From a virus, in IMG/VR virus record IMGVR_UViG_3300020045_011333, positions 120,941 through 184,940 of that record: 64,000 bases of DNA, one strand, 5' to 3'. Within the stretch, counting starts at the first letter, position 1. Each line of letters starts with the position of its first letter. The position numbers were made by a program, and so were the translations under genes. The notes beneath the pieces are model-generated. The model was not told the origin of the DNA and ran no database searches. It saw only the letters and a list, made by a program, of their open reading frames with translations. This document shows positions 52,870 to 63,061 of the stretch, one piece after another.

Positions 52870-52895
52870 TAAATATAATTTGAAAGGAAACTAAA

Positions 52896-54281
52896 ATGTT
52901 CTCAATTATTATAGCTTCGTTACTATTTGTAGTAGCTATTATTGCTCTATTTGCTATGCCTCCTACTCTACCTAGAAAAGGTATTGCGTTTGGGCTAATG
53001 ATTTTTTCCTTCCTTCTAGGCGGTTCAGGCGCAGTTTCATATAATGATGCAGGCTATTGCACACATATTCGAACCATTTTTGGTACTGAAACATCCAAAT
53101 GTGATGTCGGTTGGTATGCCTCCGGTTGGGGTACAGCCACACAATGGCCTCTTTATATTACAGTCCAAAACACTATTCCGGGAGCTAAGATTGAAGTGAC
53201 TGACTCACTTGCTCTATTTCCCTCTTATTCGGTACGTCTAGCTGATAATTGGTCTGGCGATATTACACAAACTACCCGTTTTGGTATTCCTCAGAATGAA
53301 GAGCAATTTTTGAAATTAGCACATGATTATCGTACCCCTCAAAATCTTATTTCAACAATTCTTGTTCCTACTGTAAGTGCTGCTATTGATACTACAGCAA
53401 ATCTATACACTATGGAAGAATATTACGCTGGTGGCGCTCGTGATAGCTTCAAGAAAGAATATACAGATACTGTAGTTCTTGGTCCGGCTGTAACAGAACG
53501 AATTGTTGATCCTCAGCAAATTCATAATAAGGTTTCAGCTAATGTAAATTCTGATGTAACTAAAGACGAAAATGAAGTTGCTGGTACAACTGAAATCAAA
53601 ATTGTTGAAAAGAAAACAGATCGTACAGGTTCGGATATTCGGCCAAGTAAAAATCAATATTCAGCATACGGAATTGTTGTAAATTCTGCGATTATTCAAA
53701 ATCTTGATCCAGATGATCGTTATGAAGAACAAATTCAAAAGCGTAAGGAGGCTATTTCTCGTCGTGTAATCGCTCGTGACCAGCGACTTGAACAAGATGA
53801 ACAACGTTTTCTAACAATTGCTAAATCTGAGACAGAAATTGCTAATCGTCAAGGTGCGGCTCGTGTTGTTCAAATTGAACAAACTACAAATGCTGAAACT
53901 TCTAAAAAGCTTGCTCTCATCAAAGCACAACAGATGACGGAACAAGCTGAAATTGAAAAGAAAACAGCGGCGATTAATTTTGAAACAGCTAAAATTGAGG
54001 CAGACTCAAAGATTGTCTCCGCTGAAGCAGATGCTAAGGCTCGTCAGCTTGCGATTGAAGCGGATAATGCACTTCAGTCTAAGATCGATGCTGAGGTTAA
54101 AATTCAAACAGTTTGGGCGCAAGCTTACTCTACTCGAAACGTGCCCCAGATAGTAATGGGTGGAAGCTCAGGTGGAGCGCCAGTTGGTTCAGATAGTGAA
54201 GTTTCAACTCTTCTCAATCTATTAAATGCCGATGCGGCAAAACGTCTTTCTTATGATAGGACAATTGAGTCTACTAAATAA
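52896..54281 (+). CDS. SPFH/band-7-like membrane protein with coiled-coil tail
   Basis: Two N-terminal TMs, AYGIVV..AIIQNLDPD..YEEQI, long A/E/K-rich coil. Confidence 0.7.
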   Translation: MFSIIIASLLFVVAIIALFAMPPTLPRKGIAFGLMIFSFLLGGSGAVSYNDAGYCTHIRTIFGTETSKCDVGWYASGWGTATQWPLYITVQNTIPGAKIEVTDSLALFPSYSVRLADNWSGDITQTTRFGIPQNEEQFLKLAHDYRTPQNLISTILVPTVSAAIDTTANLYTMEEYYAGGARDSFKKEYTDTVVLGPAVTERIVDPQQIHNKVSANVNSDVTKDENEVAGTTEIKIVEKKTDRTGSDIRPSKNQYSAYGIVVNSAIIQNLDPDDRYEEQIQKRKEAISRRVIARDQRLEQDEQRFLTIAKSETEIANRQGAARVVQIEQTTNAETSKKLALIKAQQMTEQAEIEKKTAAINFETAKIEADSKIVSAEADAKARQLAIEADNALQSKIDAEVKIQTVWAQAYSTRNVPQIVMGGSSGGAPVGSDSEVSTLLNLLNADAAKRLSYDRTIESTK

Positions 54282-55615
54282 TGAAACTACGAAGGAGAAA
54301 AAGGTATTTTCATAATGGACGCTAGACATTTAATCAGTACAATTCTTGTTGGTGAGTTAGATAGATTAGGCCGTAATGAAATTACTTATGAAAAATTCTG
54401 TGACGCAGTTAATCTTCTAGAGCGTTATAAATTTGTTGAAGAACATAATAGTTTCTTTCCGGCAGTGAAAGAATTAGGCGAAAAAGTACATCAACAGTCA
54501 AAGGTTTGGGATACATGATGAATGAATTAAGAGAAGCCTACCATCTTCTTAAAACTATTAGAGACAGATGCCTCATAGCTGAAGATGATTACATTGGCGT
54601 GACACAAGAACCACATATTGATATTAAATTATTTGATGAGATTTGTATATTTCTGAATCATCATAAAGATTTATTTGAATAAGGAAAAATACAATGGGTG
54701 TTTTTATTAATGAAGCTAAAGCTTCTAACATTATGATTCAATTGGTGGAAAAAGACCATCAAATTAAATTACGCTACAATAATCACGATTTTGCTAAGTG
54801 TTACACTGATGAAGAAGGTTGTCATTGGATAGAAATAATTGATGCCGATACAGGGATTGTCTCTAAGAATATTATTAAAACTTTGTGTTGGAGACGTTAA
54901 ATGAAGGTAATGTTTATCACACATCGTCCACCAAATATTCTTCCGGGTAGATTAAATTTTAATTATGCTTGTGAAAAAGATTGGTTTGAGCATGAAGTAA
55001 AATTTTTATGTTATGGTGAGGGCAGGATGGGCTATAGACCTGATGTAATTATTCTGCTAGAACCTCCTTTAGATGTGCGCGAAGAAGAGTGGCTTCGATA
55101 TACAAAACATTGCGTCACACCGTCTGCTATTTATATCAATCCAATGGGTAAAGTGGTAGAACCATACGGAGAAGAAGCAAATGTTTACATTTAGTAAGGA
55201 CAATTTAATCAATGAAATTTATAGGCATCCCGTTCTTCATGATTTAATAACCCATTTGCTTGACTTCAAAGAAGCTGTAGATTTTAAAATTAATTTTGGT
55301 GATCTAAGTTCTGATGATCTTGGGTATTGGTACAAGCAATATAATACTATTTTACGTCTTGAACATTATATTAAGGAAAATAATTCATGAAATTTATTTA
55401 CGATCCGTATGATAGTCGGCCCTTGACTGAAGAAGAAACCGCTGCTATAGAAAATGAAATTGACAAACTTATCAAAGAAGATAGTAACGCGATTCATAGT
55501 TTAATGTATCACGACATGGGTGCTGATAGCATTCATAAATTTATCATGGGTGGCCATGATGAATATTTCTTTGTGACAAGATATGGTCCAGAAGATGAAG
55601 TAACGGAGAATCCTA

Positions 55616-56041
55616 ATGAGTGAAACACTGAAAAATATTAAGAAACAATTCCAAGCCGCTAGAGTTGCAAGAGATTCGATTACGATTGGTCTACTATCAA
55701 CTATTATTGGAGATATTGAATCTAAGGCTGTTGTGGTAGATGGTGTTAAAACTGTAACAGAAGATCAAGTTGTTGCGGTTCTAAAATCTTTTCAGAAAAA
55801 GAATGCTGAATTTATGGCTACGCTAAAGCCGGGCGATTTAATTTTTGTTAAGATTAACCAAGAAAAGGGAATTATTGATAGCTTTCTTCCTCAACAGTTG
55901 ACTGAGAAGGAAATTAAAGTTATTCTAGGCGAATCTGGCCTAGAAGATATGGGCCAGATGATGAAATTCCTAAAGGAAAATTATTCGGGTCAATATGACG
56001 GAAAAATAGCTTCTAAAGTTGTAAAAGAACTCCTAGCTTAA
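55616..56041 (+). CDS. YqeY/GatB C-terminal-like protein
   Basis: ARVARD...LLSTIIGDI, FLPQQLTE, DMGQMMKFLKENYSGQYDGKIAS. Confidence 0.8.
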   Translation: MSETLKNIKKQFQAARVARDSITIGLLSTIIGDIESKAVVVDGVKTVTEDQVVAVLKSFQKKNAEFMATLKPGDLIFVKINQEKGIIDSFLPQQLTEKEIKVILGESGLEDMGQMMKFLKENYSGQYDGKIASKVVKELLA

Positions 56042-56042
56042 T

Positions 56043-56432
56043 TTGTTTCTTAAAAGATTTGTAATGAGTGTGGCAATGACTGCCGCACTAATATTAATTC
56101 CTGAAGAAGCGTTAGCATCCAAGGAATTAATTAGTAAATCAGCAATATCGCATGGTATTCCAGTAGATTTAGCTCTTTATGTAGCTAAGCTAGAGAGTGG
56201 TTATAGATGCACCACTCCGGGTAGGTATAATGGACCATTACAAGTCAGTAATGGAAGTGCTAGAGCTTTAGGTTATAATTCGTCGGAGGGCGGACTGAAT
56301 ACTTGTGGTGCTGGTTTGAAATATGGAATGAAACATCTAAAATTATGTTATGATAGAGTAGGCCATAGCCGAAATAAACTTAAACGTTGTCATGCAAATC
56401 CCGGCAGCTATGGAGTTAGGTTAAAGAAATGA
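56043..56432 (+). CDS. Lytic transglycosylase (SLT-like), secreted
   Basis: Signal peptide, AISHGIP..LA..VAKLESGY, GPLQV, GLKYGMKHL. Confidence 0.72.
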   Translation: MFLKRFVMSVAMTAALILIPEEALASKELISKSAISHGIPVDLALYVAKLESGYRCTTPGRYNGPLQVSNGSARALGYNSSEGGLNTCGAGLKYGMKHLKLCYDRVGHSRNKLKRCHANPGSYGVRLKK

Positions 56433-56806
56433 GTGGTGGGAAAACTTACGGAGAGCCTTGGCCCATAGAAACATGCCCCTACTGTGGCTCTGAATGTGAG
56501 GCGGACTGGTGCGATGTAGGCGTTGGTTATGTCCAATGCGGCCCGTTTCACTGCACCGTCTGTGGAGCGTCTGAAATTGGTCCTCATGATGATGAGCGTG
56601 AACTAACCACGGTCGAAGAATACTGTGGTTGGTATGGCCCTGATTCTGAGCCCGGTTCAAGTGCCAATGTCATTAATGGTAAAATAGTTGATTACAAAGA
56701 GATGGAATCAGTATATTATAATAACTTCACGGGTAATCCGCTCTATGAAGTAGAAGGTTATGTTGAGTCGTGGTTAGAAAACATAAGGAAGCCTAAGAAT
56801 GGGTGA
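56429..56806 (+). CDS. Zinc-finger hypothetical protein
   Basis: CPYC, CEADWCDVGVGYVQCGPFHCTVCGA. Confidence 0.6.
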   Translation: MSGGKTYGEPWPIETCPYCGSECEADWCDVGVGYVQCGPFHCTVCGASEIGPHDDERELTTVEEYCGWYGPDSEPGSSANVINGKIVDYKEMESVYYNNFTGNPLYEVEGYVESWLENIRKPKNG

Positions 56807-57560
56807 AGTTGTCAATCTTAAAAAAACTAAGAAAAAGTTTAATATTACGGCTAAGGTTAAAGTCTTAGAAGCTGATGGTCTAGGTGATCTTACTTACGCC
56901 ACTGCGATGGCATTGGAAACGGATAATCCCATGATTATGTGTGACACAGAAACGATGTATGCCGTACTTATCATGGCTCAACGTTATCTTAATAGAGAAG
57001 TTTACAATGGCTAAAGCTGTAGTGTTTGACGCTTACCTGAGAAACAGAGTCGAAGGTAAAGTTGTAGGTCGGAGTTTAAAAGGGATAACTATTGAAGACG
57101 TTAAAGGCGTGAGACTTTACGCTACTTTTGATAGAATAATTTCAGATGAGGGTAGTGATGAAGGACTTACTGGTCAAATCGATACAGAATGAAAATAATT
57201 CTGAGATTATTGTTGACATTATTTTAAATTGTCTTATAAACAATATCACGCCAAAAATGATTGCCGTAGGTTGGGATCAATTAAAGCGTAACAATTTACC
57301 ACGCCTAGGTCAAGGACCGGGTTTTACAGAAGCATTTAAAGCAGCAATAATGGAGGCTAACAAGTGAATCAAACAGCGTTTGACGAAGGTTACAATACCT
57401 ATGTCAATGAAGGAGAAATTACCGATAATCCGTATAAGAAATCTTTTACGGATCATAATGATTGGGAAGAAGGATATTATGCTGCAATGAATGCAGATTA
57501 TTTAGCATCAGTAGAACCTTCCTCTCTAGAAGAGAAGAAGGTTAACGAGGAGACAAAACC

Positions 57561-57821
57561 ATGAATAGAAACTTTTTTGGAGAACCTATCCCATCAAATC
57601 TTGATGAGATTAATGAAGCCCTTGCTGAAAATGATATGGTTTTGGAAGAAGTGACAGCCTTCATTGAATTTAATGAAGATGAAGGACAATTTAATGGTTG
57701 GACCGCCAATTTTATTGAGCCTGTAACGGATCGAAGCTTTACCACTATAGGCTATGAATCTAAAGAACAGCTTATTGCCGAAATTAAATTTGCTGGTGTT
57801 GATCATATCGAGGAAATCTGA
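57561..57821 (+). CDS. Small acidic protein (paralogue of 28120-28371)
   Basis: NLDEINEAL and EQLIAEI; AGGAG RBS. Confidence 0.6.
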   Translation: MNRNFFGEPIPSNLDEINEALAENDMVLEEVTAFIEFNEDEGQFNGWTANFIEPVTDRSFTTIGYESKEQLIAEIKFAGVDHIEEI

Positions 57822-57822
57822 G

Positions 57823-58161
57823 TTGAAACAAGGCCAGCTAATTTCTTCAGATCAAGCCGTAGTCGGCAAGGTTCAGCACAAGAAACCTTGTAGTGATTGT
57901 CCATGGAAGAGAGACAGCCTTGCTGGCTGGTTAGGCACTTCTTCGCCAGAAGAGTGGATCAGCATAGCTCATAGCGAAACAATGGTAGAGTGCCTCACAC
58001 TTTTAACCAAACAGTGTGCCGGTCTGGCTATTTATCGTAGAAATATGTGCAAAAGTCCACGAAATCCTGCCATCTTAGTACTTGACAGTGATAGAGAAAT
58101 AGTATTTAGTCATCCTACAGAATTTATGAATCATCATAATGGGAGGAAAACAAATGCGTAA
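57823..58161 (+). CDS. Cys-rich protein, DUF6283-like
   Basis: KPCSDCPWKRDS..GWLG, QCAG. Confidence 0.5.
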   Translation: MKQGQLISSDQAVVGKVQHKKPCSDCPWKRDSLAGWLGTSSPEEWISIAHSETMVECLTLLTKQCAGLAIYRRNMCKSPRNPAILVLDSDREIVFSHPTEFMNHHNGRKTNA

Positions 58162-58613
58162 AATTCTAATTGCCTTGTCAATCGTGAGTTTATCATTTCC
58201 AGTAGTGGCTCAAGAGCATAAACGTTGTGATACTTTTTCTTTTTCAGAAAAAGTTAAACTAGGTATGACGGAGTACGAAGTTTATCAAGTAACTGGATGC
58301 AATGGTAGGAAAGTTACGGAATCTATTTACGGTTTTGGGATGAGATATCCTAGCGGCAATCACCTTATTTTTCAAGATGGTAAAGTAACGGTTAAAATGT
58401 GAGAGGTTTATTAAATAATGTTTAAAGCTATACTAAGCCTAGGATTTGTATGGATACTTTTTATTGTAAGTGCTATAGCAGCTTATATTACTCATATCGT
58501 ATGGGCCATTGATATTCTCACTGGCGCTGCAACAGATAGTCAAATTGTTATCGCTCTTATCGGACTATTTCCACCTGTTGGTGTGATTCACGGTTATATG
58601 ATTTGGTTCTGAT

Positions 58614-58817
58614 ATGTATAACAAATTTCTATTATTTGGCGGTAGTAACTATTATCCAAGTGGTGGATTTGATGATTTTATTAGGTCATTTGATACTATC
58701 GGTGAAGTCAATAGTTATGCTAGTGGGATTAATGATAGGTATGACTGGATGCATGTCGTTAACACTGAAACAAGAGAACTACTAGAAGTAGGCATTCGTC
58801 TACCTAGGAAATATTAA
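58614..58817 (+). CDS. Small phage protein (paralogue of 49854-50108)
   Basis: KFLLFGGSNYYPSGG..D. Confidence 0.6.
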   Translation: MYNKFLLFGGSNYYPSGGFDDFIRSFDTIGEVNSYASGINDRYDWMHVVNTETRELLEVGIRLPRKY

Positions 58818-58960
58818 TTTGTCCTATTATGAAACAATAATTGCATGTTATCTATCAGGACAAATTGAAGAATCTGTGTGGCAAAGACATTTGGAAGATG
58901 AAGTTTTTGTTGCTTGGTTAAAGAAAAATGGTTACTTAACAATTGGGAAAGGTAATGAAA

Positions 58961-59104
58961 ATGACAAAAAACGAAGCCCTTGAACTACTTCGCTCTGGTA
59001 CGGTACTTACGCTGGTTCAACGCAAAGAAATAGCAGAAATTCTGGAATCTGAAGATGATTCAGAAGATGGTTGGGATTCTTCTTGGGATGATTCAAGCTG
59101 TTAA
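58961..59104 (+). CDS. 47-aa acidic peptide ending WDSSWDDSSC
   Basis: Manual translation MTKNEALELLRSGTVLTLVQRKEIAEILESEDDSEDGWDSSWDDSSC. Confidence 0.65.
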   Translation: MTKNEALELLRSGTVLTLVQRKEIAEILESEDDSEDGWDSSWDDSSC

Positions 59105-59115
59105 GGAAAAATTTA

Positions 59116-59400
59116 ATGACTAGAACTATTGATCAATGTGTTAAAGAAGCTTATGCTGCTCTTAGAGAAGCAGAAAATATTGCTAACAAAACGGGTGAAT
59201 CTTTTGATTTCGACGTGAGTTATGGTATGGGCGGGACTTACTATCCTAAGAAGCCTATGACTCGCAACGAAGCTCTTGAGCTTTTAAAGTCTAAGGCTCC
59301 GTTGACAGAAGAACAACGATCTGATATTGCTGTTGCTCTAGAAGATGACGAAGATAATTATGGTGAAACTGGTTGGGTTTCTTCGTCATCGATGTGTTAA
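59116..59400 (+). CDS. 94-aa protein ending GWVSSSSMC
   Basis: C-terminal half is homologous to 58961-59104. Confidence 0.7.
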   Translation: MTRTIDQCVKEAYAALREAENIANKTGESFDFDVSYGMGGTYYPKKPMTRNEALELLKSKAPLTEEQRSDIAVALEDDEDNYGETGWVSSSSMC

Positions 59401-59426
59401 CCTTCTTCCATTTATGGAGGAAGGTT
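59399..59426 (+). terminator. Hairpin after the tandem peptide genes
   Basis: AACCTTCTTCCAT/ATGGAGGAAGGTT inverted repeat (one G-T); short T tail. Confidence 0.5.
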
Positions 59427-59449
59427 TAAAAATTATAGGAGAATTATAA

Positions 59450-60328
59450 ATGCTTTTAATTGGTAGTCAAGCTTTCGATATGGGCCGCGAACCTCGTGAC
59501 ACGGATATGATTGCAACTCCTGCGGAACTTGCTGATTTCAAGTCAGAAAATGCTGATAAAATTGTTCTTGTTAAGCCTTCAAAGTTTGGCGAGACAATTT
59601 TCATGCAAGGTGAAATGCCTATCGAGATTGATTACAGTGAAACAGGTCAAGAGCTTTATAATATTTGTGAAAATAATAGTGATTTAGCTTATTACTCTTG
59701 TAGGGGAGATTTAGTAGCTTATCCTGAAGTTCTACTTGCATTAAAAATGTCTCACCGTTTTCTCAAAAATAGTAAAAATTTTCTAAAAACGATGGAAGAT
59801 ATTTGGTACTTGAGAAATAGGGGAGTTAGAGTTCCTGAAGCTCTTGAAGATTGGGTTAAGCGTCGTTCTAAGGCGACTTATGATTATTCTAGCCCTAAAT
59901 TAAACCAATCAAAAGAAGATTTTTTTACTTCAAATTTCCCATATCAGTACATGCACGATGATATACATGAAGCTGTAAAACTTTATGAAAAGCCTATTTT
60001 CGAGTTGATTAAAGCAGATAAAGCTGACGTATTCTGTAGTAAAGAACGATTCTTTTCTCTAGATCGTAAATTACAACTTGCGACTGTATATGAGGAAAGT
60101 ACAACTTTGGCACTAGAGAGAAGTCAGCTTACTCATAATTTTGAGGTTGACCCATTTTGGAGCTTTACTAAAGCACTAGAGAAGGTATGCACAAATATAA
60201 GCTCTGGTTGGTGGAGAACCTTCTCGTGGGAAAATTACTACGAAGTGAAATCAATGTATGATCCAACATATGTAGATAAGTTCAAGGCTGCTCTTGTCAG
60301 GGGTGAAATTTTACCTTATGCTGGCTGA
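59450..60328 (+). CDS. Nucleotidyltransferase-like phage protein
   Basis: LIGSQA...PRDTDMI (GS..DxD), LKMSHRF, HDDIHEAV. Confidence 0.55.
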   Translation: MLLIGSQAFDMGREPRDTDMIATPAELADFKSENADKIVLVKPSKFGETIFMQGEMPIEIDYSETGQELYNICENNSDLAYYSCRGDLVAYPEVLLALKMSHRFLKNSKNFLKTMEDIWYLRNRGVRVPEALEDWVKRRSKATYDYSSPKLNQSKEDFFTSNFPYQYMHDDIHEAVKLYEKPIFELIKADKADVFCSKERFFSLDRKLQLATVYEESTTLALERSQLTHNFEVDPFWSFTKALEKVCTNISSGWWRTFSWENYYEVKSMYDPTYVDKFKAALVRGEILPYAG

Positions 60329-61642
60329 ACAATTAATAAATTCTAAAATTGAATCCACCCGGATATTTTGGAGAAATAAATTAGAAATACCTTTAGATAA
60401 AATTTTACCTAAACGATGGGATGGTTTTGATAATGACTATGAATACAAAAACTTTTTAAATGTGCAGAAGTTTGTATCAGAGGAAAATAAACATTTAGTA
60501 AATCTTCGTTGCGAAGGAAAGTGGGAAAAAGTTACTCCTTCATTCTATCATGAACATTACACACAATGCTTATTAAGACGGCGAGGAGTCTTAGAATATT
60601 ATGTTGAAAACTAGTATAACTCTTAAAATAATTCACGTCAATCGCCATCACATAGCATCCAATGCTAAAGATGGCGGATCAAGGCCTATTTATTCAATAA
60701 AACATAAAAACAAAATAAGATATGCCAGAGAAGTACTTATTAATGGCCCATCTAAATTAGTTTATGATGGCTCTGCGCTAAAATGTGGGGCTAAGGCTTG
60801 GATAGAAACTGAATCTGAAGTTATTTTAATTGATGAAATGAGTTTTTCTGAGGCTAAGTATTATAATGACTCTAACTGACTATTACTTAATTTTTCTAGT
60901 AAGTTTATGCTTAATCGGTATTATTATAAGCTCACATAGAGGCCCGCCTAAATGAAATTCAATGTTAATAATTATGTTACTGTTAAAATCAGTGATAGAG
61001 GCAGAGAGCTTATTAAAGAAAGTAAAGTCTGGCTTTATAAAGAGCCTGATGAAAATGGCTACATCAAATTACAAATGTGGGACTTGATGAAAGAATTTGG
61101 TCCTTACATTTATTTGGGATGTATCATGCCTTTTGATACTACGATTGAATTACATGTTGACAGTTAAAACAATTTAAGTTAGACATAAGCTAATAGCTAA
61201 ATAGGAGTTAAGATTATGTCTATCACAAGTCGTCAAGCTAACGTTATGGATCACGCCGTGGCATATCCACGTTTTTATCGAAACCATTTCAGAGCTAAAA
61301 ATGGTACAGAAAATGATCAGACATGGCTTGAGCTAATGCGTTTAGGATATGCCGAATTATTTCAAATATACACTGATGTAACGGTTTACAAAGTAACAGA
61401 TACAGGTATTATTGCTTTGGAGAAATATCATAATGTCGGTTAAACGTATTTCAGTTGATGTTGATGAAATGTCAGCCTTGGTTAAACATTGTACAGGATC
61501 AGCGGTTCATTTCACGTTTGGCCCTAGTGGTTGCTTTCTAGAAGTTAGTGACGCAAATATAAAAGCTCTTGAATTTCTTAGGAATAAAAGAGTTAACGAA
61601 CGTTATGAAACGATCATGACTATTGCGGGAGCTAGAAAATGA
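60294..61642 (+). other. Small hypothetical CDS (60294, 60601, 60952, 61216, 61412)
   Basis: Co-oriented, closely packed ORFs. Confidence 0.5.
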
Positions 61643-61848
61643 AAGTTGTATGAGAAGAAAGTGATCTTCGCATGGGATGCCGAGTTTGGCGTGACATGGA
61701 ATGTATGATTTGCGGTACAGATAGTGATTGGAGAGCGCCTGTTTCTCTTATTGTATTGGAAACTGGAAGACTCATGACACATGGGCCTAAAGAAGAAGTT
61801 GCTGAGTATATGAATAAATACGAATATAGGCCTACAGAGGAGAAATAA
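61639..61848 (+). pseudogene. 69-codon frame with in-frame TGA at codon 5
   Basis: ATG AAA GTT GTA TGA GAA GAA AGT GAT..., then open to TAA 61846-61848. Confidence 0.5.
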
Positions 61849-61849
61849 T

Positions 61850-62482
61850 ATGACGAAGCGCGTGGCTCAGACTTATCGTGGTATTACATTTGTAAGACCA
61901 AAGGATTATCAAGGTGAGGCTTGGTTTCAATCTAGTTTCAATCCTACTCTGCAGCAGATCAAAAATTTGATTGACATGGCTTATGCGATTCAAAACAGTC
62001 CGCCGCCCAAGTTTGACATGAGTGATTTTGGATCAGTAGATCAAGACACTCTTGATTACTTTCAAGCAAAAAATATTTCTATTATGGGCATGGGTTGGTC
62101 CGGTTCGGTTACTGATCCTATCGCGTTAAAGAATATCAAAAAGACAGGTCATATCTGTGGCACGAGTTGTTGCGCCATTGGGACTTCGGCATGGTGGGGC
62201 ATAGGTCGCTTAACTCCTGACATGACTTGGGGTGAGTATTCTCAAGAAACTTTTGGCTTGGAACAAAATTCCAATCTTTGGGAATTTCTATTCGCTGGTG
62301 GTTGGTTATATTGTGATAATACACCAGAAGGTGCTGTGGCTCGTATTCTTAGACTGGTAATTGAAGGTCCAGAAGTTGTGGATAAAGATCGTGTGACTGA
62401 TACTATCAGAGACTACGATATTCGTGATGATTATATCAAGTCTTATGCTAAATACCTTAACATTAAGGTTCTGTCGGAATGA
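61850..62482 (+). CDS. Phage protein of CGTxxCAIG type
   Basis: FDMSDF, CGTSCCAIG, FGL...WEFLF, TPEGAVARI. Confidence 0.55.
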   Translation: MTKRVAQTYRGITFVRPKDYQGEAWFQSSFNPTLQQIKNLIDMAYAIQNSPPPKFDMSDFGSVDQDTLDYFQAKNISIMGMGWSGSVTDPIALKNIKKTGHICGTSCCAIGTSAWWGIGRLTPDMTWGEYSQETFGLEQNSNLWEFLFAGGWLYCDNTPEGAVARILRLVIEGPEVVDKDRVTDTIRDYDIRDDYIKSYAKYLNIKVLSE

Positions 62483-63001
62483 AAAATCCAGTACCTCAAG
62501 TCCCACATTACGCGGTAATTACTTATAAAACTATTCAACATTGGGTAGAAGGTGATGAGCGAAGCAGAACACATCCCGGCCATGGATATCCCGCTGGTTA
62601 TGAAACTCGTGAAGAAATTGGTTATCAAGCTTTTGAAACAGTTGAGAAACTTCAAGATTTTATTAAATACGATAGATATTTAAAAGAAGGCTCATATCAA
62701 GTTATTAAAGTAGAACCAATGAAAGTTGAAACAAAGGTGAGTGTCATTGTCAAATAATGTACATCACATTGCTAGATTTGTACGAACATGGCTTGAAGAT
62801 TGGGGCAGCGATCTAGAAGATACGGCTGAAGCTTATCAAGAGGCAATGTTAAGTGGAACATTTAACGGTAGAAAAATACCTATTGACATGGCCAAAATAT
62901 ATGCTAAACAATTTCATGAAAAAGCGGAAGCTGTTTATCTGTGTGGTGAACAATTAGAACGAGACATTTTAAAAGAATTTTCTGAATGAAGTAAATAATT
63001 G

Positions 63002-63030
63002 TTGACATTACTGATAAGATCAATTATATT
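63002..63030 (+). promoter_or_regulatory. sigma70 promoter for the RNA locus
   Basis: TTGACA-17-TATATT, followed by a GAAA-capped leader hairpin at 63040-63057. Confidence 0.75.
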
Positions 63031-63061
63031 ACGAGCAACAAGAACAGAAATGTTCTTTTAA

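Noticed and set aside
587-62655. Many opposite-strand ORFs in the track (e.g. 5100-5420, 15797-16153, 25314-25712, 49010-49390, 56421-56660)
   Set aside because: They shadow well-supported genes on the other strand, lack RBS or motifs and show no protein-like patterns.
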